Below, piece by piece: positions 8,195 through 17,831 of a stretch of 64,000 bases of DNA. The stretch is from a virus, in IMG/VR virus record IMGVR_UViG_3300035670_000099, positions 1 through 64,000 of that record; one strand, 5' to 3'. The notes below the pieces were generated by a model that was not told the DNA's origin, ran no database searches, and was given only the letters and a program-made list of their open reading frames with translations. Position 1 is the stretch's first letter. Every line of letters begins with the position of its first letter. The position numbers were made by a program, and so were the translations under genes.

Positions 8195-8452
8195 ATGAAC
8201 TCAGCTGTAATTCAAGGTGTGGTAATGGACACACCAAAAAGCATGTTAATTAACAACAAACCAGCCATAGAGTTTGTTGTATCTGTTCCTTCCCTTAGAA
8301 AGGAGGAAAAGCCGTATCTATTACGTGCCAAAGGCATGGAGATACTAGGAATTGACATTGATGACAATGTCATTTTAGAGGGAAGAATATTGATTAACCA
8401 GGAGACAAAAAAGTCTGAATTGATGTTTAAAAATGCACAAATAGTTAAGTAA
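8195..8452 (+). CDS. Minimal SSB/OB-fold protein resembling the cyanobacterial second SSB-like protein
   Basis: MNSAVIQGVV..P, EFVV.VPSLR.EE.P..L and VILEGRI pattern. Confidence 0.55.
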   Translation: MNSAVIQGVVMDTPKSMLINNKPAIEFVVSVPSLRKEEKPYLLRAKGMEILGIDIDDNVILEGRILINQETKKSELMFKNAQIVK

Positions 8453-8466
8453 CATTTACAAACTAC

Positions 8467-8490
8467 ACCCCTGAGATTACTCAGGGGTTA
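8467..8490. terminator. Bidirectional terminator hairpin
   Basis: acccctgag-atta-ctcaggggt between convergent genes. Confidence 0.7.
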
Positions 8491-8799
8491 TTAGTTATTT
8501 ATTTTTTTGTGATTTTTCCAAAGTTGCTGTACATATTTCATATAATCAGGCAAAGCAACAGTCCAATGAATTCCAAATATTGATTGTGCCAACATTATAG
8601 CTTTAGTGGATGGATCTACATACATAGGGACGTGAGTTCTTAGATTAGCTTTGCAATTGTAGATAAGTATTTGAGATTTATCATTGCTAATTTCAAGTTG
8701 CGTAAACAAGTTAGTTTGTTTATTCAAACTAACCAAAAATTCATAAATTTCCTCTACTCCAAGGAAAGACACTTCAGCTAAATGTTTGTAAGGCAACAT
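8491..8799 (-). CDS. Hypothetical protein
   Basis: ORF with GGAG SD. Confidence 0.65.
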   Translation of the reverse strand: MLPYKHLAEVSFLGVEEIYEFLVSLNKQTNLFTQLEISNDKSQILIYNCKANLRTHVPMYVDPSTKAIMLAQSIFGIHWTVALPDYMKYVQQLWKNHKKINN

Positions 8800-8838
8800 T
8801 ATGTTACACTCCTAATAAATGTTAAATAAACTTGAACA

Positions 8839-9417
8839 ATGATTAAAGTATCACAAATAGAACAATGGGAACTTAGTCGTATTATTCCCTATGAAGCAAA
8901 CGCAAAATTACATCCAGATGAGCAGCTAGAGCAGATAGCAGCATCAATAGCTGAGTTTGGATTTTTAGATCCAATAGCTGTGGATGAATCTAACGTTATT
9001 CTAGAAGGGCATGGTAGACTTGCAGCAGCGACTAGACTAAAGATTAAAACAGTCCCTGTCATTGTCATAGCTGGCTTGTCTAAAGCACAAAAAAGTGCAT
9101 ATAGACTCGCGCATAATAAGTTGACAATGAATTCCGGATTTAATCCGGAAGTACTTCGGAAGGAACTAGAATTTTTGGATTCAGTGGAGTTCAACATTGA
9201 ACTAACTGGATTTAGTTTAGATGACTTGAACTTTGATGACTTCCCTGAGTGGGAGGAAGAGTCCAGCAAAGAAGAATCCAGTGGTGATTACACCACTATC
9301 AAAATAACTGTTAGTCCAGAAGAAAAAGACTTGTTATTTGATATTATCGGAATTAAGAAAAATAACTCATCAGCGACAGAAATTGGTAGTGCTTTGATGA
9401 GTTATTTGAATCAATAA
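8839..9417 (+). CDS. ParB/Srx N-terminal domain protein
   Basis: IIPYEANAKLH, IAASIAEFGFLDPI, ILEGHGRL and AYRLAHNKL motifs. Confidence 0.88.
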   Translation: MIKVSQIEQWELSRIIPYEANAKLHPDEQLEQIAASIAEFGFLDPIAVDESNVILEGHGRLAAATRLKIKTVPVIVIAGLSKAQKSAYRLAHNKLTMNSGFNPEVLRKELEFLDSVEFNIELTGFSLDDLNFDDFPEWEEESSKEESSGDYTTIKITVSPEEKDLLFDIIGIKKNNSSATEIGSALMSYLNQ

Positions 9418-9423
9418 AATGTA

Positions 9424-9753
9424 TTAAAAAACAACTTCCTCTTCTTGTTTTTTACCACCTAGTAGTTCAATCTGATCTACTAGAATCACCACTTTAGTCC
9501 TTTCTTCTCCTGACTTAGTGTCAAGCCAGGATTCTGTTTTAAATGCTCCTTTGACAGCGATTTGGCTGCCTTTCCTGACATAATTTGTTATTATGTCTCC
9601 TGTCTTTCCCCACGCCTCAATGTTGAACCAGTCTGTTACTTCTTTATTGCGAGTAACAGCTAAGCTAGTAGTGACTTTTACACTACCGCCTTCAAAATAT
9701 TTCACAGTTGGATCTTGTCCAACACGTCCTACCAATGTAACGGTGTTAATCAT
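9424..9753 (-). CDS. ssb: Single-stranded DNA-binding protein
   Basis: INTVTLVGRVGQDP.VKYFE.G, TDWFNIEAWGKT, YVRKGS and acidic C-terminal F (cyanobacterial type). Confidence 0.92.
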   Translation of the reverse strand: MINTVTLVGRVGQDPTVKYFEGGSVKVTTSLAVTRNKEVTDWFNIEAWGKTGDIITNYVRKGSQIAVKGAFKTESWLDTKSGEERTKVVILVDQIELLGGKKQEEEVVF

Positions 9754-9773
9754 AATTTTGTCGATATTGTACT

Positions 9774-10175
9774 TTAATTAAAACACATTTTATCTAAAGT
9801 GTCAATAGATATCGTAGTATCTAACATAACGACACATTCAATTATGGTTTTATTAAATTGCCTTTTCTTTTTTAGTGGCAAATTATTGAATTTAAGATTT
9901 AACAAACCATCGGTTGTGTTTGTCAGGACAAATTTGTCATCAACAAAATTGACTATTGTTTTAACAAATTGAATACTAGAATTAATGGGCAATACTTCCC
10001 TAGTATTTTCTAGTAAAAATATTGATGGCACTGGAAATCCAAACAATATATTTTCTATAGCACGTGATTGTTTAACCACGTCCCATTCCACGCAATTAGG
10101 CACAACAAGAACGCCTTTGTCAATTTGTTGCACCAACGATTCTATAGTGTGCAACTGATTATTTAAGTACTGCAT
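9774..10175 (-). CDS. Truncated/degenerate DUF262 (GmrSD N-terminal, ParB-like) domain protein
   Basis: W...KQSRAIENILFGFPVPSIFL matches the DUF262 motif; QR and DGQQR motifs are missing. Confidence 0.6.
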   Translation of the reverse strand: MQYLNNQLHTIESLVQQIDKGVLVVPNCVEWDVVKQSRAIENILFGFPVPSIFLLENTREVLPINSSIQFVKTIVNFVDDKFVLTNTTDGLLNLKFNNLPLKKKRQFNKTIIECVVMLDTTISIDTLDKMCFN

Positions 10176-10321
10176 GTTAATCAGTGTAATTTTAGTTTCT
10201 ACAATAAATTAAACATTTGTTTTGTGTCAATATGTTATATAAAATAAAATTTATTTTACAATCTACCAATAGAGACATTACTTGGTTTACAGTAAAATAG
10301 TTGTTGCATGAAAAAATCAAA

Positions 10322-13300
10322 ATGTCAGAAGATTTTGGTGCGTTAACTGGCAATCCAGTGTTCTTTAGAACATATAGCAGATTAACAGGACACGGAAGAG
10401 AGTCATGGGAGGAGATGTGCAAACGTTCCGTTGACGGATTAGCAAAGCTGGGGAAATTTACCCCAGAAGAAATAGAACTAGTCGCCAGAATGCAGAAAAG
10501 CATAAAAGCATTGCCATCTGGAAGATGGCTATGGGTAGGCGGCACAGAGTGGCTGGATAAGCCACAGAATTACAGTGGAGCATACAATTGTACGTCCACA
10601 AATTTAACCAACTGGGATGCTTTTGCATTCATGATGGATTTAGCCATGATGGGATGTGGCACAGGCGCTGTAATTGAGCCTAAATATTATCAGCAATTAC
10701 CTACCATCAAAAATAGAATAGACATTGAGATTATTGACAAAATAGGCGAAACCCCACCATCTGAAAGGCTGGACGAGACAGTAACTGTCTTGACAGAAGA
10801 CAGTTTTACGATAAAAGTCGGAGACAGCAGACAAGGATGGGTGGAAGCATACAAGCAATTACTCCAAGTAGCTTCTGATGACACCTTTAATGGAGTTGTG
10901 GTAGTCAAAGTGTCATTAGCCAATGTACGCCCCGCTGGGGAGAAATTAAAACAATTTGGTGGTGTTGCCAATCCAGTGAAATTAGAGAATTTGTTTTATA
11001 GATGTGCAAACATCTTAAACAAAGCACATGGTAGAAAACTAACGTCACTGGAATGCTGCTTGCTGATTGATGAAGCAGCAAGCACTATAGTGGCTGGGAA
11101 CATTAGACGCTCAGCGGGCATGCGCCAGTTCACTTCTAGTGATAACGTAGCTGCTAACGCTAAAGCAAATCTATGGGAGCAAACACCAACTGGAGAATGG
11201 AGAATAGATCCAGAGAAAGATGCTTTGCGCATGGCAAATCACACCAGAGTTTTTCACCAAAAGCCTACTTATGAGGAGGTGTTTGATTCAGTAACGAGTC
11301 AATATTGGAGTGGTGAAGGAGCAATACAGTGGGCGGGTGAAGCTGTCGCCAGAGCAAATGCAGATTTATTGATTACCCAAAAGCTAAAAGCAAAGTTTTT
11401 GACTGCTTACGAGAATGGTGAAGCTAAGCAATGGATAAGAAAGCATTATCCAGACATGCCACATGCGGAGATAGAACATAGAGTAAGTACATATGGATTA
11501 AATCCATGTGTTACTGCTGATACATGGATTCACACAGAAAAAGGAGCGAGGCAAGTTAAAGACTTGATAGGCAAACAAACAAGTGTTTACGTTGATGGAG
11601 AATTATTTAGCACCACACCTGAAGGTTTTTGGCTAACAGGAATCAAGCCTGTGCTAAAAGTAATTACTCAAGAAGGATATGAGTTGCGTTTAACTGACAA
11701 TCATCAGCTACTCAAAGTTACTGCTCAGACTCAGCATAAACAATATTCTGAGTGGACTGAAGCTAAAGATTTAAGTCCAGGACATTATATTTTAGTCCAC
11801 AACCATCGTGAAGCACAGCATTGGGACAGTTTTGGAACTTTTGACGAAGGCTGGTTAATTGGCAATTTAATTGGCAATGGCAGCATCTCATCAACGCAAT
11901 GGGGAAAAACAGCACTTTTACGATACTGGGAAGATTCTCAAGATGAGATGGGAAGACATGCTGTTGCTCTACTTAAAAAAACTGTTGATTATGCCGGAAC
12001 TACAGAATCTGGACATTACTATAAACAGCAGAATTATCGAGTAGTTCAATCAACAGGATTAGCTAGATTAGCTGCTAATTATGACGTTACGTTGGATAAT
12101 AAAATGCCAACAGGTAAAATTGAAGAAGCAAGTTATGAGTTTTACCGTGGTTTTTTACGTGGCTTATTTGATGCTGATGGCAGCGTGCAAGGGAATCAAC
12201 AAAAAGGCATTAGCATCAGATTGTCACAAAGCAATCTAGAGACTTTGAAAATAGTCCAAAGAATGCTGGCGAGATTAGGTATTATCTCAACAATTTATCA
12301 AAAAGCACAACATGAACTTGTTATCAGCAATGATAATGTCTGCGTCTTCCAAGACATTATTGGATTTCAAAAACCTGACAAAGTAAATCGCTTAAATGAA
12401 TTAATTACCAGATATGAGCCAAAATTAAATCGTGAGCGATTTGTAGTTAAAATCAAAGAGATTATACCCGATGGAGTAGAAGCAGTTTTTGACTGTACTG
12501 TTCCGGGAGTTTCTCGATTTGATGGTAATGGAATTGTCACCCATAATTGTGGTGAGATTATTGGTAGTAATTTCCACTGTGTTAGTGGTGACACGCTGCT
12601 AATTACCAAAGATGGATTACACGCAATCAAAGATGTTGTAGGATGCGATGTTGAAATTTGGAATGGTAGGAATTGGAGTCAAGTACAGCCATTCAAAACT
12701 GGCAGTTCTCGCGTTCTTTATCGTGTACGATTTGCGGATGGTACGTATTTAGATGCTACCGAATATCATAGATTCTTTGTTAAGGATAGGTTTGGCAAAG
12801 AATACAAAGAAGTACAGACAAAAGACTTAATGGATGCAAGCAAGTATCGTATTCACACCAAGCCATTTACTATTCAATATGATGATGGATTGGATATTGA
12901 TACTAATTATGCTTATAGCTTGGGAGTAGCCGTAGGAGATGGCACCACAGACAAAGACAACAACGCAAAAATAAGATTGTATGGCAAAAAAATTGCTTTG
13001 TCTGTGGCAGGCAATAAGTCTCCCATCAGGGAATATGAATACGTTACAAACTTCACTGATGTTACAAATTTAAGCTTTTCTGGGGAATTTCTGAAGAGTC
13101 TTAAAACCAAACCAGAAGCATTAAACATCATAGCAAGTTGGAATCGTGAAGCAATTTTGCATTTTATTGCTGGTTTAGCAGATACAGATGGAACAAATAG
13201 TAGCGGCAATGGTATTAGAATCTACATCTCTGATTATGACAGAGCGTATAGAATACAATTGTTGCTAATTAAGTGTGGTATTCGTTCTTCTGTCAATCTT

Positions 13301-15730
13301 TGCGCTTACAAAGGAGCAGTTACAAATTATGGTGTTAGAAGTAAAGATTTGTACTCTGTACAAGTAACTGATTGTGGTAAAATCCCTTGTCAGCGATTAG
13401 ACGTAAGCCAAGGTAGAGTACCTAAATGTAAAGGCAAATGGCAAGTTATCAGGAGTGTGGAGCAATTACCGGGATTGCATGACACTTACTGTTTTAATGA
13501 ACCACAATATCATGAAGGTGTATTTGGAAACACGTTGACTGGAAATTGCAATTTGTCAGAGATACACTTAAATCAGCTCAATCCTACTGACTACAAAGAA
13601 CAAGAAGATGCTTTTAAAGCAGCTTCACTCTCAGTAGCTGCATTGCTTCACCATAGATTCACCGAGCCTATTTATCAAGAATCTAGAGAGTTAGATCCTA
13701 TTGTTGGTGTTTCCTTCACCGGATTATTTGACTTTTTTGTTCATGCTTTTGGAGCAGAATGGCTTCACTGGTGGCAACAAGAGAGAGAAGACAATGAGCA
13801 AGGCAGGATATTTAAACAAAAAGAACAGGAGTATTTATCTAGATGGAAAGACATAGTGCATCAAACTGTTTGGGAATATTGTGATAAACACAATCTTAAA
13901 CGTCCTAATCGTTGTACTACTGTCCAGCCCAGTGGGTGTCTAGATCGCACTGCATTAAGAATTTTTGATCAGGGATTACTTTATGCGGATGAATTGATAG
14001 CACCTGGCAGCGGTGAAGCTACTAATTTGAAACTAAGTGTTCGTGAAGGAGTGTCTGTCACCACTGGAATTGCTAATCAACCATTGCAGTTAATTAAAGT
14101 CAATCTGAACAATGGACGTGTTTTACGTATGACTCCAAACCATCGTCTTTCTATTGATGGAAACTGGATTTATGCGTCTGACATGGCTCCTGGAATGAAG
14201 ATTGATTTTAGTCTTGGAGAATATCAAAACAGCCAAGAGACTTCACTACTTGATATAGATCAATTTAGCTATACAAGAGAAGCAAAACAATTAGAGTCTG
14301 GGCATAATCGTGGTGGCATCACAGCAACTATCATTAAAACGCCCAAGATAATGTCTCCTGACTTAGCTTATTTTATTGGAGCATTATTTGGAAATGGATG
14401 TTTAAGTGCAACTGGACATCGTATTAGGTTTTCTAGTAATAGTTATAAATTGCTAGAAAGACTACAACAAATAGCACAAAATCTGTTTGTTTTAAATGGG
14501 AGAATCAACAAATACTCTGGCAGAGAAGCTTATGAATTAAGCATTTCTAGTGTTCAGCTTTATGATTGGTTGCAATTGAATGGAATAGCTAAAACAGAGA
14601 AAAGTCTAAATCTTGACAGAATACCATTAGCTATTCGTTGTTCCTCCAAGCAAAGTATTCTATCGTTCTTTTGTGGATTGATTGACACTGATGGATGCAT
14701 TAGAGTTAATGGCTCAATGTCCATTGACAGCGCTAGTGAAGAGTTCATTAGAAACCTTCAACAAATAGGTGAAGCTGTAGGATTGTGCTTCTCCATATTC
14801 CATAACACTGAAGGGGAGAACAACCAAGCACAGAAAAATATGTGGGGTTTATGTTTAAGCCGCATGTTATCTAAACCTGATGCTTTAGATTATCTAAACG
14901 AAAATAGTCAAAAAGCTGAGATTCGTCCTATTCCTTCACTCAAGAGAAGTTATAAATTTGATCCATATCTCATTGAATCTGTGGTGTGGGAAGAAACTCC
15001 TGATTACAGCTACGACTTTGCGGTGCAAGGAGAGGACGACAATGATTCATGGTATTGGCAAGGAGCGATTAAATCACACAACACAAAGTCTTTGCTAACT
15101 GGCGCTTCTCCTGGTTGGCATCCTCCCAAAGCACAACAATTTATCCGTCGGATTACTTTCCGTAAGAACGATCCAGTAGCATTGGCATGCATAGACTTTG
15201 GGTATAACGTAGTTCCATCACAATCAGATAAAGATGAAAATGGTAACTTATTAGACAATCCTTTTGATGAACGTTGCACAGAATGGTTAGTAGAAATACC
15301 AGTAGCAGTATCTTGGGCAAATCTACCAGGAGTTGATGTTGATATTTCTAAATTCTCGGTGTTGGCACAGTTTGATTTTTATATGCAAGTGCAGAAGTAT
15401 TACACAACTCATAATACTTCAGCCACACTTGAACTACGCCAGAACGAAATTGGTGCTTTAAGTAGAGCTATATATGACTCAATCAAGAACAATGACGGGT
15501 ATATTTCTGCTGCTATCCTTAGTCGCTTTGATGATTTCCAGTCTTATCCTAGATTGCCTTTTGAGCCTATTAGCAAGGACAAATACTTGCAGTTGGTAGA
15601 AGAAGTAAATCAAAGAAGAACTAATGATTCTTTCTTAGATGCTTTGCATAAGTATGATAATGGGTTTGATGAACAATCAGGCCCTGCCCCATGTGATTCA
15701 GACAAGTGTCTTTTACCAGAGTCAAAGTGA
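10322..15730 (+). CDS. nrdJ: Class II (AdoCbl-dependent) ribonucleotide reductase containing three inteins
   Basis: VFFRTYSR, PSGRWLW, AYNCT, GNIRRSA, NP|CGEI, |CNLSE, TTVQPSG|TKSLL and C-terminal CDSDKC. Mature protein is about 750 aa. Confidence 0.95.
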   Translation: MSEDFGALTGNPVFFRTYSRLTGHGRESWEEMCKRSVDGLAKLGKFTPEEIELVARMQKSIKALPSGRWLWVGGTEWLDKPQNYSGAYNCTSTNLTNWDAFAFMMDLAMMGCGTGAVIEPKYYQQLPTIKNRIDIEIIDKIGETPPSERLDETVTVLTEDSFTIKVGDSRQGWVEAYKQLLQVASDDTFNGVVVVKVSLANVRPAGEKLKQFGGVANPVKLENLFYRCANILNKAHGRKLTSLECCLLIDEAASTIVAGNIRRSAGMRQFTSSDNVAANAKANLWEQTPTGEWRIDPEKDALRMANHTRVFHQKPTYEEVFDSVTSQYWSGEGAIQWAGEAVARANADLLITQKLKAKFLTAYENGEAKQWIRKHYPDMPHAEIEHRVSTYGLNPCVTADTWIHTEKGARQVKDLIGKQTSVYVDGELFSTTPEGFWLTGIKPVLKVITQEGYELRLTDNHQLLKVTAQTQHKQYSEWTEAKDLSPGHYILVHNHREAQHWDSFGTFDEGWLIGNLIGNGSISSTQWGKTALLRYWEDSQDEMGRHAVALLKKTVDYAGTTESGHYYKQQNYRVVQSTGLARLAANYDVTLDNKMPTGKIEEASYEFYRGFLRGLFDADGSVQGNQQKGISIRLSQSNLETLKIVQRMLARLGIISTIYQKAQHELVISNDNVCVFQDIIGFQKPDKVNRLNELITRYEPKLNRERFVVKIKEIIPDGVEAVFDCTVPGVSRFDGNGIVTHNCGEIIGSNFHCVSGDTLLITKDGLHAIKDVVGCDVEIWNGRNWSQVQPFKTGSSRVLYRVRFADGTYLDATEYHRFFVKDRFGKEYKEVQTKDLMDASKYRIHTKPFTIQYDDGLDIDTNYAYSLGVAVGDGTTDKDNNAKIRLYGKKIALSVAGNKSPIREYEYVTNFTDVTNLSFSGEFLKSLKTKPEALNIIASWNREAILHFIAGLADTDGTNSSGNGIRIYISDYDRAYRIQLLLIKCGIRSSVNLCAYKGAVTNYGVRSKDLYSVQVTDCGKIPCQRLDVSQGRVPKCKGKWQVIRSVEQLPGLHDTYCFNEPQYHEGVFGNTLTGNCNLSEIHLNQLNPTDYKEQEDAFKAASLSVAALLHHRFTEPIYQESRELDPIVGVSFTGLFDFFVHAFGAEWLHWWQQEREDNEQGRIFKQKEQEYLSRWKDIVHQTVWEYCDKHNLKRPNRCTTVQPSGCLDRTALRIFDQGLLYADELIAPGSGEATNLKLSVREGVSVTTGIANQPLQLIKVNLNNGRVLRMTPNHRLSIDGNWIYASDMAPGMKIDFSLGEYQNSQETSLLDIDQFSYTREAKQLESGHNRGGITATIIKTPKIMSPDLAYFIGALFGNGCLSATGHRIRFSSNSYKLLERLQQIAQNLFVLNGRINKYSGREAYELSISSVQLYDWLQLNGIAKTEKSLNLDRIPLAIRCSSKQSILSFFCGLIDTDGCIRVNGSMSIDSASEEFIRNLQQIGEAVGLCFSIFHNTEGENNQAQKNMWGLCLSRMLSKPDALDYLNENSQKAEIRPIPSLKRSYKFDPYLIESVVWEETPDYSYDFAVQGEDDNDSWYWQGAIKSHNTKSLLTGASPGWHPPKAQQFIRRITFRKNDPVALACIDFGYNVVPSQSDKDENGNLLDNPFDERCTEWLVEIPVAVSWANLPGVDVDISKFSVLAQFDFYMQVQKYYTTHNTSATLELRQNEIGALSRAIYDSIKNNDGYISAAILSRFDDFQSYPRLPFEPISKDKYLQLVEEVNQRRTNDSFLDALHKYDNGFDEQSGPAPCDSDKCLLPESK
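11507..12547 (+). mobile_element. Intein 1 (347 aa) with LAGLIDADG homing endonuclease
   Basis: Starts CVTADTW, ends IVTHN, +1 Cys; contains LIGNLIGNG and FLRGLFDADG. Confidence 0.93.
12578..13546 (+). mobile_element. Intein 2 (323 aa) with LAGLIDADG homing endonuclease
   Basis: Starts CVSGDTL, ends TLTGN, +1 Cys; contains LGVAVGDG and FIAGLADTDG. Confidence 0.92.
13937..15082 (+). mobile_element. Intein 3 (382 aa) with LAGLIDADG homing endonuclease
   Basis: Starts CLDRTAL, ends IKSHN, +1 Thr; TPNH block B; contains IGALFGNG and FFCGLIDTDG. Confidence 0.92.
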
Positions 15731-16272
15731 AAAATAACAGCAAACAATTAGGAGTTTTAGCAGTTCATGATGGAGATCATAAAACTGCTATCAAACACTA
15801 TTCAGATGCCCTTGCTACTGAAAAAAGTGTTGATTTATTACGTGAAAGAGCTAAATCCTATGCTGCTTTAAAGAAGCTGGATAATGCTATCAAAGACTAC
15901 ACTACAGCTATCAACATTCAGCTAGATAATTCGGCTCTTTATTGTGAGAGAGCTGAACTTTATATCAAAAAAGCTGACTATAATGCTGGACTGGAAGACT
16001 GTAATGATGCCTTGGAAATTAATCCTAAATGCCCAATTGCTTTGCTACTAAAAGGACTAATACTAGTCAAATTAGGAAGTATTAATGATGGCATGAGTTG
16101 CATCAATAATTGTTTACAAATCAACAAGTGGTATGCCAGAGCATATTACGAAAGAGCAATATTGATGGAGGGGATTGACAAAGAAAAAGCCAAGTTGGAT
16201 TATTACCAAGCTGCTCATATTGGCTATCCAAATGCACTGAAAAGGTACAGAATATTAGCAGGTACTAATTAA
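15706..16272 (+). CDS. Tetratricopeptide-repeat protein
   Basis: AIKDYTTAI, ALYCERAELY, EDCNDALEINP and ARAYYERA TPR motifs. Confidence 0.85.
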   Translation: MSFTRVKVKNNSKQLGVLAVHDGDHKTAIKHYSDALATEKSVDLLRERAKSYAALKKLDNAIKDYTTAINIQLDNSALYCERAELYIKKADYNAGLEDCNDALEINPKCPIALLLKGLILVKLGSINDGMSCINNCLQINKWYARAYYERAILMEGIDKEKAKLDYYQAAHIGYPNALKRYRILAGTN

Positions 16273-16277
16273 ATTTT

Positions 16278-16316
16278 TACAGCAAAGACTTAGTTGGATC
16301 TTTGCTGTATTTTTTT
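16278..16316 (+). terminator. Intrinsic terminator
   Basis: tacagcaaaga...tctttgctgta 11-bp stem plus T-tract. Confidence 0.7.
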
Positions 16317-16358
16317 GGCAATTGATATACAATAAGAAACGTATTGACAGGAGGTAAC

Positions 16359-17030
16359 ATGAAGCTTTTAATAATTGACACAGAGACAACAGGATTATCT
16401 GAGGAAGATGCTCCCATTGAAGTGGCAGGCATCTTCTATTTAGTAGGGCAAGGAATCATAAGTCAAGTTAGCACTATCGTATCTAGTGTTATACCTAACT
16501 TTGCTGTTCAAATCAACAAAATTCAACAGGAGTTGATTGATGTTGGTACAAATAATCAGATAATCACTGTCTTGAATGACATGGCAAATGAATGTGATTA
16601 TGTATTAGCACACAATGCACAGTTTGATAAACAAGCTTGTGCTAAAATTCCTGGTTTAAATATTCACCAAAAGTGGGTGGATAGTCAGTACATAAACTTT
16701 CCAAATAGTCAGTACTGCAAGACTAACGGCTTGCACAATTTAGCTATAGCGCACAATGTGCCAGTTATAGATACGCACAGAGCGTTGGATGACTGTAGAT
16801 TGCTGAGTAAATTGTTAGATACAGTTGCTAATTTAGAACAAGAAATCTTATTAGCAGCAGAACCTAGAGTTTTGGTTAAAAGTCTAGAACCATATCCAGC
16901 AACACTGACTAAACAAGCTGGTTTTAGGTGGAATGCTAATACTAAAACATGGGCAAAACACATCAAAGAAAAGGAGATTGCTGATTTACCTTTTCAAGTT
17001 AAAATAATAGGCACAGACATAAATGATTGA
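16359..17030 (+). CDS. DEDDh 3'-5' exonuclease (DnaQ/epsilon-like)
   Basis: IIDTETTG, AHNAQFD and HRALDD motifs. Confidence 0.9.
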   Translation: MKLLIIDTETTGLSEEDAPIEVAGIFYLVGQGIISQVSTIVSSVIPNFAVQINKIQQELIDVGTNNQIITVLNDMANECDYVLAHNAQFDKQACAKIPGLNIHQKWVDSQYINFPNSQYCKTNGLHNLAIAHNVPVIDTHRALDDCRLLSKLLDTVANLEQEILLAAEPRVLVKSLEPYPATLTKQAGFRWNANTKTWAKHIKEKEIADLPFQVKIIGTDIND

Positions 17031-17238
17031 ATACAATTCTCGTGTTTACCCAATCAAAAAGCATAAAGTAAGTGCTGCTGATAAAGGCAAGTTATCGGTG
17101 TCTTTACCCAAAGCTTTGATTGACAGAATTAGATATATCGCTCAGAAAGCAAATGTTGAGCCGTCTAATGTAATGTGGGTTGCTTTTGAAGAATGGCTAA
17201 CCAACCATCCCGATGCACCAAATCTCAAAGATGAATAA
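17023..17238 (+). CDS. Ribbon-helix-helix-like DNA-binding protein
   Basis: KLSVSLPKALIDRIRYIAQ...SNVMWVAFEEWL. Confidence 0.55.
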   Translation: MIEYNSRVYPIKKHKVSAADKGKLSVSLPKALIDRIRYIAQKANVEPSNVMWVAFEEWLTNHPDAPNLKDE

Positions 17239-17506
17239 ATACATCGACATTCTTAAACAGTTTAGATTCCTCCTAGGAATCAATGAGGAATTAGAACAAG
17301 TGGAAACATTCTCTGAATTATTATCAGAAATGCTTGCTTGTGAAGCAGTGCTATTAGACAAAGATTGTATAACACTTGTGCTGGAAGGAAAGGAAAGTGA
17401 CAACCCAGAAAGTGTTATTAAGCAATTGTTGGTTGAACATCTTATCTACTCAAAAGAAGCTGTAGAAAATCCAAGTATTATTGACGCAATTATGCAGCTT
17501 GTTTAA
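17231..17506 (+). CDS. Hypothetical protein
   Basis: Translationally coupled ORF. Confidence 0.65.
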   Translation: MNKYIDILKQFRFLLGINEELEQVETFSELLSEMLACEAVLLDKDCITLVLEGKESDNPESVIKQLLVEHLIYSKEAVENPSIIDAIMQLV

Positions 17507-17557
17507 TATTTTGTAAAGCACTACTATTAACGTAGTGTTTTATTTTTTATATATCCC

Positions 17558-17586
17558 TTGACGTAGTGTTGTCAATAAGTTATAGT
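17558..17586 (+). promoter_or_regulatory. Sigma70-type promoter
   Basis: TTGACG-N17-TATAGT, preceded by a terminator-like hairpin at about 17516-17540. Confidence 0.65.
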
Positions 17587-17612
17587 AAATATTAAAAGTT
17601 CACTGATAAAGT

Positions 17613-17831
17613 ATGTATTACTTCGCAAATGTAGAAAAAACCAAAGGTAAGAGTCATTTAGTTGACTCTAATTACAACATCAGCCAAGATGCTGCGTTAG
17701 CAGTGTTAAGTCTAGGATTAGTTGGAGCTATTCCTGACGCTGTTGTATTTAGAGAAGTACTTGATGCTGACACCATTAAGTATCATGTCGAAGCCCCTCA
17801 AGAAGAATGGGATAAATGGAGGAAAATATGA
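17613..17831 (+). CDS. Hypothetical protein
   Basis: First ORF after the promoter. Confidence 0.6.
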   Translation: MYYFANVEKTKGKSHLVDSNYNISQDAALAVLSLGLVGAIPDAVVFREVLDADTIKYHVEAPQEEWDKWRKI

